In this document: piece by piece, positions 27,819-37,163 of the stretch | Layout: each line of letters begins with the position of its first letter | How positions within the stretch are numbered: the stretch's first letter is position 1 | Source: Armatimonadota bacterium | GTDB taxonomy: Bacteria; Armatimonadota; SYMT01 | Assembly: GCA_041690135.1 (NCBI GenBank) | Contig: JAWLHY010000007.1 | Span: forward strand, 224,001 to 288,000 | Reading direction: 5' to 3' | Length of the DNA: 64,000 nucleotides | Made by a program: the position numbers and the translations under genes | Notes under the pieces: model-generated | Database searches by the model: none | The model's input: only the letters and a program-made list of their open reading frames with translations | What the model was told of the DNA's origin: nothing

Positions 27819-29006
27819 ATGATTGCCATTGGAAATCCAAATAGCCGTCCCATCACATTGCTCCAGGAACACCTGGCACGCATGGGCCTCCCTCCCGCGC
27901 GGCTGGTTCCCTGGCTCGATCTGCTGGAGGGCCGCATCGCCCTTCCGGAGGTGCTTACCCCTGGAGCGGTGGTGCGCATCGAAACGCCGGGACGGGACTT
28001 CGCCGTGGAACGCGCCCTCCTCGCCCTTGGGGCCGGTGAGCCGGACGAACTGGAGGGCCTGGATAGATTTCCTGGCTCGTTCTCCCGGCTTCCGGAAGCC
28101 GCGGCGCGGGACCTGGCCTACGACCGCGGTCGCATCCTCTTCCCACGACAATGGTATCTGGGCTTCCGTCGGGCACTCCGGATACTTGAAGAGCAATTCC
28201 GGGCCTGTCCCGAACACCAGTTGATGAACGATCCGGCGGATATCGCGGTGATGTTCGACAAGCCCGCAACCCATCTCCGGCTGGAATCCGCCGGTCTTCC
28301 CGTCCCCCGCAGCCTGGGCCGGATTCAGGGCTTTGAGGATCTGGCCACACGGATGGTGGAATGCGGCGTGCGGCAGGTGTTCGTCAAGCTGGCCCATGGC
28401 TCAAGTGCTTCCGGCGCCGTCGCCTACCGCACCGATGGCCGTCGTCACCGCGCGTACACCACGGTGGAAGTCGTGCGGACGGGCGGTACACTTCACCTCT
28501 ATAACACCCGCCGGGTGCGCGTGCTGAACGAAGTGGGGGAAATTGCGGAGTTGGTGGATGAACTCTGTCGCCACCACGTCCAGGTGGAAGCGTGGCTCCC
28601 CAAGGCCGGCATCCACGACCACTGCTTCGATCTGCGGGTGGTCGTTATCGGGGGCCGCGCGCGCCATGCCGTGGCCCGCCTCAGCCGCACCCCCATGACC
28701 AACCTCCACCTGCTCAACCCCCGCGCGGAAGCCGAGGCGGTGCGGGAGCGGATGGGGCGGGAGGCCTGGGACCGCGCCATGACCACCTGCGAGGCGGTGA
28801 TGCGCCGGTTCCCCCGCAGTCTCTACGCGGGGATCGACCTGATGGTGCTGCCCGGCTACCGCCGCCACGCGGTACTGGAGGTGAACGCCTTCGGAGATCT
28901 CTTGCCGGGCCTGCTCCACGAGGGCCGCGACACCTACTCCACCGAACTGGATGTCGTGGGCGTTCCAAGCAGGGCGAACCCGGTGGCGGAGGCCTGTGCG
29001 GTATGA
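27819..29006 (+). CDS. STM4014-family ATP-grasp ligase (RimK-like)
   Basis: DKPATH..L...GLPVP, VFVKLAHGSSASG, VEAWLPK, FDLRVVV, GIDL, VLEVNAFGDLL. Confidence 0.88.
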   Translation: MIAIGNPNSRPITLLQEHLARMGLPPARLVPWLDLLEGRIALPEVLTPGAVVRIETPGRDFAVERALLALGAGEPDELEGLDRFPGSFSRLPEAAARDLAYDRGRILFPRQWYLGFRRALRILEEQFRACPEHQLMNDPADIAVMFDKPATHLRLESAGLPVPRSLGRIQGFEDLATRMVECGVRQVFVKLAHGSSASGAVAYRTDGRRHRAYTTVEVVRTGGTLHLYNTRRVRVLNEVGEIAELVDELCRHHVQVEAWLPKAGIHDHCFDLRVVVIGGRARHAVARLSRTPMTNLHLLNPRAEAEAVRERMGREAWDRAMTTCEAVMRRFPRSLYAGIDLMVLPGYRRHAVLEVNAFGDLLPGLLHEGRDTYSTELDVVGVPSRANPVAEACAV

Positions 29007-29812
29007 TCCCGGCACGCCGGCTGATCGGCACTCACGACGTGCTGTTCGTGACCCTGGACGCGCTCCGTTATGACGTGGCGCGCGATGCCCTCGCCCGCGG
29101 CGCCACTCCGCACCTGGCGACGCACCTACCCAGCGGCCGCTGGGAGGAGCGCCACACACCCGGCAATTTTACCTACGCGGCCCACCAGGCCTTCTTCGCC
29201 GGCTTTCTGCCTACACCCATTGGGCCGGATCCGCAGCCCCGTCTCTTCGCGGCCCGGTTCGCCGGCAGCGAGACCACCGGCCCGGAGACGGCTGTTTTCG
29301 ACGCTGCGGACATCGTCTCCGGCCTGGCGGGGGAGGGGTATCACACGGTATGCATCGGTGGGGTCGGCTTCTTCAGCCGCCTCACCCCGCTCGGCAGCGT
29401 ACTGCCCGGGTTGTTTGCCGAGAGCCACTGGTCGCCCGAGTTGGGGGTGACCGACCCGCACTCCACCGAGCACCAGGTGGCCCTGGCGGAGCAGGTCCTG
29501 GAGCGGCTCCCACGCGACCGGCGCCTCTTCCTCTTCCTCAACGTTGCGGCGATCCACCAGCCCAGCTGCATCTACCTGCCGGGCCGGGAGAGGGACGATC
29601 TGGAGACCCACGCCGCCGCCCTCGCCTACGTCGACCGCCACCTGCCGCGCCTGTTCGCGGCCTTCCAGCGGCGGGCACCCACGTTGGTGATCCTTTGCTC
29701 GGACCACGGCACGGCGTACGGCGAGGACGGTTACTGGGGCCATCGCGTGAGCCATCCGGTGGTGTGGACGGTTCCCTATGCCGAGTTCGTACTGCCGGAG
29801 GTGGGCAGATGA
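29003..29812 (+). CDS. STM4013-family alkaline phosphatase/sulfatase-superfamily metalloenzyme
   Basis: TLDALRYD, HTPGNFTYAAH, CSDHG.AYGEDGYWGH; ATGA overlap with the upstream gene. Confidence 0.88.
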   Translation: MIPARRLIGTHDVLFVTLDALRYDVARDALARGATPHLATHLPSGRWEERHTPGNFTYAAHQAFFAGFLPTPIGPDPQPRLFAARFAGSETTGPETAVFDAADIVSGLAGEGYHTVCIGGVGFFSRLTPLGSVLPGLFAESHWSPELGVTDPHSTEHQVALAEQVLERLPRDRRLFLFLNVAAIHQPSCIYLPGRERDDLETHAAALAYVDRHLPRLFAAFQRRAPTLVILCSDHGTAYGEDGYWGHRVSHPVVWTVPYAEFVLPEVGR

Positions 29813-31131
29813 TCCCACTCGCCTCCCTCACTGCGGGCAGCCCGTACCGGTCCTACGCATACAGCTACCCACACAAGCTGGCGTACCGTCCACTCCGGCC
29901 GCCGGTCCCCCTGGCGGAGGCCTGGGCCGCCGAGCCACGCGATGCCCTGTTCCTGTACCTCCACATTCCGTTCTGCGAGATGCGGTGCGGCTTCTGCAAT
30001 CTGTTCACGACCGCCAATCCAGAGCAGGAGCTGGAGCAGCGTTACCTGGGGACCCTCCGCCGCCAGGCGGAGCGCGTGCGCGCATCCCTCGGTGATTGTT
30101 CCTTTTCACGGATGGCGGTCGGCGGTGGGACGCCCACTTACCTGGCGCCGGAAGCACTTGACGGCCTCTTCAACCTGACGCATGAGCTCTTCGGCGTCGA
30201 CCCGCACGGGATACCCGTCTCGGTGGAAACCTCTCCCCGCTCCGCCGGCCCGGAGCGCCTGGAGGTGCTGCGCCGCCGGGGTGTCCGCCGGATCAGCATA
30301 GGGGTCCAGAGCTTCGAGGAGCGGGAAGCGGCGGCGGCCGGCCGCGCGCAGAGGACCCCCGAGGTCGCCGCTGCGCTGGACCGGATCCGGGATATCGGCT
30401 TTCCGGTCCTGAACATCGACCTGATCTATGGTCTGCCGGGCCAGACGGTCGAAAGCTGGCTCGCTTCCCTCCGCCGGGCTTGCGAGTGGCGGCCGGAAGA
30501 ACTGTATCTCTACCCGCTCTACATCCGCCCCCTCACCGGTCTGGATGGGCGTCTCGCTCCGGGGGAAGACCTCCGCCTGCAGTGTTACCGAACGGCTCGC
30601 CTGTTCCTGTTGGAGCATGGCTACACACAGGTCTCAATGCGGATGTTCCGTCGCCCGGGGCCGCGAGGCGAAGCCTCTACGCCGGTGTACTGCTGCCAGG
30701 AAGACGGTATGGTCGGCCTGGGCTGCGGCGCCCGTTCCTACACGCGCGCCCTCCACTACTCAACCGAGTATGCCGTCGGCCGCACCGGCGTCCGCGAGAT
30801 CCTGTGGGACTACCTGGAGCGGCCGGACGAGGCGTTCGCGGTTGCGGATTACGGCTTCCATCTGAATGGGGAAGAGCAGCGCCGCCGTTATGTGTTGAAG
30901 TCGCTGCTCCAGGTGGAAGGCCTGGATCTCGTCGCCTACCGCCGTCGTTTCGGAGCCCACGTTCTACACGACCTGCCGGAGTTGGCGGACCTGGAGCGCC
31001 AGGGGCTCGCGGTCGGGACCAGGGAACGCCTGTCCCTCACACCCGCCGGCCTGGAGTTGTCCGATATTTTGGGTCCGTGGCTGTACTCCACAGAGGTCAC
31101 CGACGCCATGGAAGGCATGGCGATCCGCTAA
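29809..31131 (+). CDS. STM4012-family HemN-like radical SAM enzyme
   Basis: LYLHIPFCEMRCGFC, GGGTPT, RISIGVQSF, NIDLIYGLPGQT; ATGA overlap. Confidence 0.92.
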   Translation: MIPLASLTAGSPYRSYAYSYPHKLAYRPLRPPVPLAEAWAAEPRDALFLYLHIPFCEMRCGFCNLFTTANPEQELEQRYLGTLRRQAERVRASLGDCSFSRMAVGGGTPTYLAPEALDGLFNLTHELFGVDPHGIPVSVETSPRSAGPERLEVLRRRGVRRISIGVQSFEEREAAAAGRAQRTPEVAAALDRIRDIGFPVLNIDLIYGLPGQTVESWLASLRRACEWRPEELYLYPLYIRPLTGLDGRLAPGEDLRLQCYRTARLFLLEHGYTQVSMRMFRRPGPRGEASTPVYCCQEDGMVGLGCGARSYTRALHYSTEYAVGRTGVREILWDYLERPDEAFAVADYGFHLNGEEQRRRYVLKSLLQVEGLDLVAYRRRFGAHVLHDLPELADLERQGLAVGTRERLSLTPAGLELSDILGPWLYSTEVTDAMEGMAIR

Positions 31132-31318
31132 GGCATTGCAAAGAATCTGAACAGTCGTGGCCGCTCAGCACGATCCTGTTTCTCCACCCAGGTCAGCGAG
31201 CCTTGCCGGAGTGACGGCGCTTGCGCGGCCTCCCTGTGGATAACCGTACCTGCTTAGTCACTTGGCACAACCGCGTAGTGGCAAGCAGCCGTCTACTTTC
31301 GGCAGCCGGAGAACAACG

Positions 31319-31660
31319 ATGGGAATGTCCCTGTACTACACGGCGACGCGCGCTACTCCGCTGACCGAGGCGGAGCGCAGCGCCATTTTGGGCGCTGTCG
31401 CTGCGCATCCCGCCCCCAGAGCCCAGTGGGAAGACTTCTGCCTCTACAACCCTCCGTTCGATGCCCCGGACACGATCCTGGAAGGCGCGACGGGCCTGCC
31501 GATGCGGTCCGCCCCTACCCTTCGGGACGCTCTCCAGCATTGGTGCGCGCTGCTGACGGCTCTGCGCAGGTTGGTTCCCGATGCCGAATGGTCTGTCAGC
31601 ATGGATGACCATCCGATTCCCTGGGACGACAACCTTCAGGCCTTCGATCCATTCCGCTGA
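31319..31660 (+). CDS. Small hypothetical protein inserted in the radical SAM operon
   Basis: 113-aa ORF (MSLYYTATR..LTEAE...HWCALLTALRR...WSVSMDDHPIPWD) with GGAG RBS; ends 10 bp before the next gene. Confidence 0.75.
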   Translation: MGMSLYYTATRATPLTEAERSAILGAVAAHPAPRAQWEDFCLYNPPFDAPDTILEGATGLPMRSAPTLRDALQHWCALLTALRRLVPDAEWSVSMDDHPIPWDDNLQAFDPFR

Positions 31661-31670
31661 AGGGCAACCA

Positions 31671-32567
31671 ATGGACCTCACTCTCCTCTATCGCGGGCCG
31701 CTCTCGAGCTGCAATTACGGCTGCGAGTACTGCCCGTTCGCCAAGCACCAGGAGACGGACGCCGAACATGCCGCCGACGCCGAGGCGTTGACTCAGTTCG
31801 TGGGTTGGGTAGGGGAGCAGACGGACCACCGGATCTCGGTCTTTTTCACCCCCTGGGGAGAAGCTCTGATCCGCCGCCGGTATCAGCAGGCGCTGATCGC
31901 TCTGACGCGGTTGCGGCACGTCCGCAAAGTCGCCATCCAGACCAACCTTTCCTGCCGGCTCGATTGGGTGGAGCAGTGTGACAAGGCCCGGCTTGGGATC
32001 TGGGCCACCTACCATCCCGGAGAGGTGCGGCGGGAGCGGTTCGTGGCCCAGTGCTTGGAGCTCGACCGGCGCGGGATCCGTTTCAGCGCCGGGATTGTGG
32101 GGCTCAAGGAACACCGGGAGGAGATCGCCGCGCTCCGCGAGGAACTGCCGGCGCACGTCTACCTCTGGATCAACGCCTACAAGCGGGTGCCGGACTACTA
32201 CACGCCGGAGGAATTGCGGTGGCTGGAGAGCATCGATCCGCTCTTTCCCGCGAACAACCAGCGCCACCCCAGTCGCGGCCGTGACTGCCGGGCGGGTTAC
32301 AGCGTGATCTCGGTGGACGGTGAAGGCACCATGCGGCGCTGCCACTTCATCCGGGAATCGATCGGCAACCTGTACGCTCCTGGATGGGAGACCGCCCTTC
32401 GCCGCATCCCCTGCACCAACGAAACCTGCGGCTGCCACATCGGCTACGTCCACCTGGACCACCTGCGCCTGGATGCGGTGTTCGGCGACGGCCTCCTCGA
32501 AAGAGTACCGGCTTCAGTCCCGCCGGACTATCGTAACACTCCCGCCATCAACGACCTCCGCGAATAG
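31671..32567 (+). CDS. STM4011-family radical SAM protein with a Cys-rich C-terminal (Twitch/SPASM-like) region
   Basis: LYRGPLSSCNYGCEYCPFAK, FTPWGEAL, QTNLS; C-terminal CRAG..RRCHF..CTNETCGCHIG. Confidence 0.9.
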   Translation: MDLTLLYRGPLSSCNYGCEYCPFAKHQETDAEHAADAEALTQFVGWVGEQTDHRISVFFTPWGEALIRRRYQQALIALTRLRHVRKVAIQTNLSCRLDWVEQCDKARLGIWATYHPGEVRRERFVAQCLELDRRGIRFSAGIVGLKEHREEIAALREELPAHVYLWINAYKRVPDYYTPEELRWLESIDPLFPANNQRHPSRGRDCRAGYSVISVDGEGTMRRCHFIRESIGNLYAPGWETALRRIPCTNETCGCHIGYVHLDHLRLDAVFGDGLLERVPASVPPDYRNTPAINDLRE

Positions 32568-32885
32568 ATTGTGGCCGTAAAGCATTCCCATTCCCACGAG
32601 CGCCCCGCCCTCGGCGGCCAGCACAAGTATGTCTCGGGGTGCACCGTCCCATTCGACACGAGCCCAGTAGTAGTGCATCAGCACCACACTACCATCGGCG
32701 AGTGTCGCCTGGGTCGGCGCCGCAAATACCAAACCCAGAGAATCGACGACGGTCTGCGGGAGCGTAAGGAAGTCCGTGAAGCCAGTGTCGATTACGGTAT
32801 CAATAGTTGCCTGGCGTGCATCAGGACCCAGGACGGTGAGTTGGACTAGCGCTTCTCTGTCAGGTGTTATGATGCCCTGTATCAT
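32514..32885 (-). CDS. Clan AA (retropepsin-like) aspartic protease
   Basis: VIDTGFTDFLTLP catalytic motif; LADGS; LVGMGML. Confidence 0.88.
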   Translation of the reverse strand: MIQGIITPDREALVQLTVLGPDARQATIDTVIDTGFTDFLTLPQTVVDSLGLVFAAPTQATLADGSVVLMHYYWARVEWDGAPRDILVLAAEGGALVGMGMLYGHNLFAEVVDGGSVTIVRRD

Positions 32886-33169
32886 CGTCTTCCGCCGGGC
32901 CACCCAGCACTTCTACTCCCTCCAAGGACCACCGCAGTTGGAAATCCTACCCTCACTATGTAAGGTACGGCGCCTGGCTCAGTCGTTCGCAACGTGACAA
33001 GCGCCTCCAGGCTGCTGTCGGCCAGGGCGTAGGCTCCGGTCAATACATCAATAGCCAGCATCTTGCCCCGATTTGATGGGTCCAACTCAACCGCATGTCG
33101 AATCTCCCTGTCGAAGCGCTCCTGACCCCGTCGGGCAATCTCCTCGGGCGAGTAGTAGGCGGCGGTCAC
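32882..33169 (-). CDS. Small hypothetical partner of the clan AA protease
   Basis: YSPEEIARRGQERF..IR, GKMLAIDV.TGAY, VRVG; ATGA coupling to the protease; GTG start with GGAG RBS (alternative start 33208). Confidence 0.75.
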   Translation of the reverse strand: MTAAYYSPEEIARRGQERFDREIRHAVELDPSNRGKMLAIDVLTGAYALADSSLEALVTLRTTEPGAVPYIVRVGFPTAVVLGGSRSAGWPGGRR

Positions 33170-33481
33170 TTCCAGCTCTCCTTGTGTCACTTCCAATCTC
33201 TTTAACATTTATACCGCTCGTCGCCGGGGTTGACCCCAACTCTGTCAGTTGTGCGGCACAGCTTCACACGGGGCTCGCGCAAGCACAGGCAGTCCACGGC
33301 GCATCTTGTTGCCGAACGCTACCGGTTCGGTATACTCCAACTGGCGCCGTTCCAGAAGACGCCCGCCCGCTTGAGCGTTTCGCGCCATCGGGGAGTAGTT
33401 CGCCCGCCGGTGGCGCTGGCAGCCCCATCCCGGTCCGCGGCGGTCGCTTCGGCCCCGAATTCCGCTCCCCGCAAGCGCGAG

Positions 33482-33518
33482 TTGTCAATTTGAAATTTAC
33501 AATCGTCAATTTGCAATA
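33482..33518. repeat. AT-rich heptamer tandem repeat (CAATTTG-like)
   Basis: TTGTCAATTTGAAATTTACAATCGTCAATTTGCAATA. Confidence 0.55.
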
Positions 33519-33549
33519 GTCCAGGTACCCCTGTAGAGAGAACACCGTC

Positions 33550-35268
33550 ATGTCCACCGTCGATCCTTCTCTGGTTCCTGAGATTCCATATGACCACTAC
33601 CTGAGTTACCGGGAGCTAACGGACCTGCTCCACGGCTTCGCGGCGGCCCGCCCGGATCTCTGCCGCGTGGAAGTGATCGGGAAGAGCCACGAGGGGCGGG
33701 AAATCCACCTGGTTACGGTGACCCGCTTCGAGACCGGTCTCGATACGGAGAAGCCCGCGTTCTGGATCGACGCCAACATCCACGCCACCGAAGTCTCACC
33801 CACCACCGCAGCCCTCACGCTGGTCCGCAAGCTGCTGGTGGAAGACGGTGAGGACGCGGACGTTACCCGGGTTCTCGATACGCGCGTCTTCTACATCTGC
33901 CCGCGGGTGAACCCGGACGGGGCGGAGTTGTTCCTCTGCGACCGCCCGCGCTACATCCGCAGCTCCACCCGGCCCTACCCCTGGGCGGAAGACCCGGTGG
34001 AGGGCCTCCGGCGCGAAGATCTGGACGGCGACGGCCGGATGCTCACGATGCGCGTGCCCGATCCGAACGGGGCGTGGAAGGCCCATCCGGACGATCCGCG
34101 CCTGATGGTCCGCCGCGACCCGATCGAGTCCGGCGGCGATTACTACCGCCTCCTTCCGGAAGGCGTAATCGACCATTATGACGGGGTCACCCTCTCCGTC
34201 CAGCGGATCAAGGAAGGCCTCGACCTCAACCGGAACTTCCCGGCCCACTGGCGTCAGGAGCACGAGCAGAAGGGCGCCGGTCCCTATCCCACCTCCGAGC
34301 CGGAAGTCCGCGCCATCGTTCAGTTCATTACCGACCATCCGAACATCACAGGCGGCGTTACCTTCCACACGTACTCCGGCGTGCTGCTGCGGCCCTACGG
34401 CACCCAGCCGGACGACGCTTTCCCGGCCGAAGACCTCTGGACCTACCAGAAGATCGGCGAAAAGGGGACCGCGCTCACCGGCTACCCCGTGCTGAACGTG
34501 TGGGCCGACTTCAAGTACCATCCCAAGGAAGTGATCACCGGCGTCTTCGACGACTGGCTCTACGACCACCTCGGGATCTTCGGCTGGACGACGGAGCTCT
34601 GGTCCCCCACACGGCAGGCCGGCATCGACGCCCCCAAGCCGATCGACTGGTTTCGCGAGCACCCCGTGGAAGACGATCTCCGGATGCTGCGGTGGAACGA
34701 CGAGAAACTCGGCGGGAAAGGGTTCGTGGACTGGAAGCCGTTCGACCATCCGCAGCTCGGACCGGTGGAGATCGGGGGTTGGGATGCCATCTACGCCTTC
34801 CGCAACCCGCCGCCGGAGTTCCTCGAGGCGGAAGTCAAGCCGCACGCGGAGTGGCTGGTATGGCACGCCCTGATTTCCCCCCGGATGGAGCTGTTCCTCG
34901 CCGACGTGCAGCCCTACGGCCCGGATACCTACCGGGTGCGGCTGGTGGTCCACAACACCGGTTGGCTGCCCAGCTACGTCACCAAGAAGGCCCTGGAGCG
35001 GAAGGTCACCCGCGGCGTGGTGGCGGAGATCTCCCTGCCCGAGGGGGCCGAGCTGGTGACCGGCCTCCCCCGGGTGGAGGGACCGCAGCTCGAAGGTCGC
35101 GCCTACAAGTCCGCCGGCGGGGGCATCGATCCCACCGACGACCGCGCCAAGTTCGAGTGGATCGTCCACGCCCCGCAGGGTGGGGAAGTCCGTCTTACCG
35201 CGAAACACGACCGCGCCGGCGTTGTAAGGGCTTCCATCAACCTCGCTGGATTGGAAGGTACCGGTTAG
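33550..35268 (+). CDS. M14 zinc carboxypeptidase
   Basis: ANIHATE (HxxE), NPDG, DLNRNFP, SEPEVRA, FHTYSG, catalytic E in WTTELW. Confidence 0.93.
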   Translation: MSTVDPSLVPEIPYDHYLSYRELTDLLHGFAAARPDLCRVEVIGKSHEGREIHLVTVTRFETGLDTEKPAFWIDANIHATEVSPTTAALTLVRKLLVEDGEDADVTRVLDTRVFYICPRVNPDGAELFLCDRPRYIRSSTRPYPWAEDPVEGLRREDLDGDGRMLTMRVPDPNGAWKAHPDDPRLMVRRDPIESGGDYYRLLPEGVIDHYDGVTLSVQRIKEGLDLNRNFPAHWRQEHEQKGAGPYPTSEPEVRAIVQFITDHPNITGGVTFHTYSGVLLRPYGTQPDDAFPAEDLWTYQKIGEKGTALTGYPVLNVWADFKYHPKEVITGVFDDWLYDHLGIFGWTTELWSPTRQAGIDAPKPIDWFREHPVEDDLRMLRWNDEKLGGKGFVDWKPFDHPQLGPVEIGGWDAIYAFRNPPPEFLEAEVKPHAEWLVWHALISPRMELFLADVQPYGPDTYRVRLVVHNTGWLPSYVTKKALERKVTRGVVAEISLPEGAELVTGLPRVEGPQLEGRAYKSAGGGIDPTDDRAKFEWIVHAPQGGEVRLTAKHDRAGVVRASINLAGLEGTG

Positions 35269-37046
35269 TCTTGTTGAAGGGCACGGATCGCTTCGATGCG
35301 CCGGACGAGGGAAGGGTGGGCGCTGACCGCTTCGTCGCTGGGCTTCAGGCGGCCCGGCACCTCATTCAGGTGATGAACCCGCTCGATGGCCCGGATCGCC
35401 AGTTCCGGGTCACCGATCCATTGCACTGCCAGGCAGTCGGCGGCGTGCTCGCGCGCGCGCATTCCCCGGCCGATGAGGGCCGCCCGAAGGAGCGGTAGCA
35501 GGAAGATCGCGAAGATGGGGCTCTGGAGCAACGCACGCATGGATAAGGGAAGCGAGTCCCGCAGCGCCGCCTCCAGCGCCCCCCACGCCGCCAGCAGAGC
35601 GACGGTTGCCGTAAGCGTGAGGAAGAGGGTCCTTTGGGGATGACCCAGTTTCAAGTGTGCCACCTCGTGGGCGGCAATCGCGCGGACCTCCTCTGGAGCG
35701 AGGCCCTCGATCAGGCCCGTCGTCAGCCCCACGGTGCCGAAAGCGGTGGCAAAGGCATTGGCTTCCTTCGCCCGGACCAGCACCACATGCTTCACGCGTA
35801 TCTTGCCGAGCGCGGCCAACTCGTGGACCATGGCGTGCCACGGTCCATCGTTCAGAGTCTGCCTGCCCGCCCGGAAGGAGCGAATCCCCATCACCAGCAG
35901 GTACACCGGCAGTAGTCCCAGGAGCCCGAAAATGTAGTTCCGCCGGAGCACGAGACCCTCCGGAGTGTAGATGGGCCAGAACAAGGTCGCGGCTATGAGG
36001 AACGGGAAGCCTATGAGCCCGATCAACCAATCGGGCGCCGCGATCGGCCGATCTTCCGCGGGCTCGTTGGGACGGGCAGTTTCCCGAGCCGCCTCCCGTC
36101 TCCGGAAGAGCAAGACGTTGACTACCCCAAACACGGTTGCGATGCCCCCAGCTCCGATTAGACCCCAGAGGAACGGGAGCGGCAGGAGGACTTCCCAGGT
36201 TGTAAATGCCTGTGGGAAGAAGTCTCCCCCGGCAAGCACGACCGGGATCACCAGAAATCCGAGCCGCGTAATCCAGAGCGGTGACTGCCGGTCATACTGC
36301 TTCTGAACCTCTTCGGGCGAAGGCGGCTCGGGGTCCGCTGCTGGTGGGTCCGCCCGCCGGCCATACCGTGCCATGGTGGCGACCGGGAAGAGGAACAGCC
36401 CACCTAGCAGCAAGCCTACCACGATTCCCACCGGTGTGGCTCGGGCCTCGAAGTGAAGCTGCATTCCTGGTGGGATGTCGTCGAGATTCAGGAAGGTCAC
36501 CTCTTCCAGCCGACGCACCGTGCCGTTGTGGGCCAGCCTGGTTTGCGCCATACTGTCTACATCGATCGCCAGGATGATCGGCCGTGGCAGCGAGCTTTGC
36601 TCGAGGGCCGTTCGCAGGCGATGGAGGTCCAGCGAAAAGGCACTCCGCATGCCGCCCCGCTGCAGGTAGTCGTTGAACTCCAGGTCCACCGCCGCAGTGG
36701 AGCGCCCCTGAAGCGTGATAAAGTCCGTCAGAGGCAGGTCGGTGGTTCTCGCGATGCCGCGAGACTCGGTGAGCAGGCGCTCTGCCCCAAACTCCAACGG
36801 CGTCGCGAGCGTCAGGTCGGCGTTCCTGGGGTCGAACGTCAGCAGCGCCTGGGTGCCGGGCTTTCCATTCCGCGGGTCCGGCCATTGGCTTCGGCCTTGC
36901 TTTTCGGCAGCCACCCGAAATCGACGCAGGGAAAGTCCGTACCCGGAGAGGCTCCCACGTTCCACCTCCTGGGCTGTTGCGTGGGACATCGGCCAAAGGT
37001 TGACCAGGAGCAGGCAGAGAAGGCAGAGAAGGCAGAGGGTCCGCAC
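35265..37046 (-). CDS. M48 (HtpX/Ste24-like) membrane zinc protease with an N-terminal extracytoplasmic domain
   Basis: NAFA, AHEVAH, REHAAD, HPSLVRRI; multiple TM helices; signal-like N-terminus. Confidence 0.85.
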   Translation of the reverse strand: MRTLCLLCLLCLLLVNLWPMSHATAQEVERGSLSGYGLSLRRFRVAAEKQGRSQWPDPRNGKPGTQALLTFDPRNADLTLATPLEFGAERLLTESRGIARTTDLPLTDFITLQGRSTAAVDLEFNDYLQRGGMRSAFSLDLHRLRTALEQSSLPRPIILAIDVDSMAQTRLAHNGTVRRLEEVTFLNLDDIPPGMQLHFEARATPVGIVVGLLLGGLFLFPVATMARYGRRADPPAADPEPPSPEEVQKQYDRQSPLWITRLGFLVIPVVLAGGDFFPQAFTTWEVLLPLPFLWGLIGAGGIATVFGVVNVLLFRRREAARETARPNEPAEDRPIAAPDWLIGLIGFPFLIAATLFWPIYTPEGLVLRRNYIFGLLGLLPVYLLVMGIRSFRAGRQTLNDGPWHAMVHELAALGKIRVKHVVLVRAKEANAFATAFGTVGLTTGLIEGLAPEEVRAIAAHEVAHLKLGHPQRTLFLTLTATVALLAAWGALEAALRDSLPLSMRALLQSPIFAIFLLPLLRAALIGRGMRAREHAADCLAVQWIGDPELAIRAIERVHHLNEVPGRLKPSDEAVSAHPSLVRRIEAIRALQQD

Positions 37047-37163
37047 GGCTCGCAGCCTCCAGTCGCAGCGTCATCCAGCGGGATTCATAAGACATTCCGC
37101 TATTCGCGACTGTCTGCCTTCTCTCCTGCCTGGCAACCTGGCAGATGAGCGTCCGTTCTTCGG

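Noticed and set aside
28592-29808. Long N-terminal extensions of the ORF-track calls 28592-29812 and 29350-31131 (apparent overlaps or fusions)
   Set aside because: True starts are the ATGA-coupled ATGs at 29003 and 29809; the extensions are alternate-frame read-through.
31235-31243. Perfect DnaA box TGTGGATAA; nearby TGGCAC as a sigma54 -24 element
   Set aside because: Single box with no cluster or AT-rich unwinding region; no TTGC -12 element at the correct spacing.
37011-37038. (CTCTGCCTT)3 encoding LCLLCLLCL in the M48 signal peptide as a repeat-derived or phase-variable tract
   Set aside because: The 9-bp unit keeps the frame and is explained by simple slippage; evidence for REP origin is too weak.
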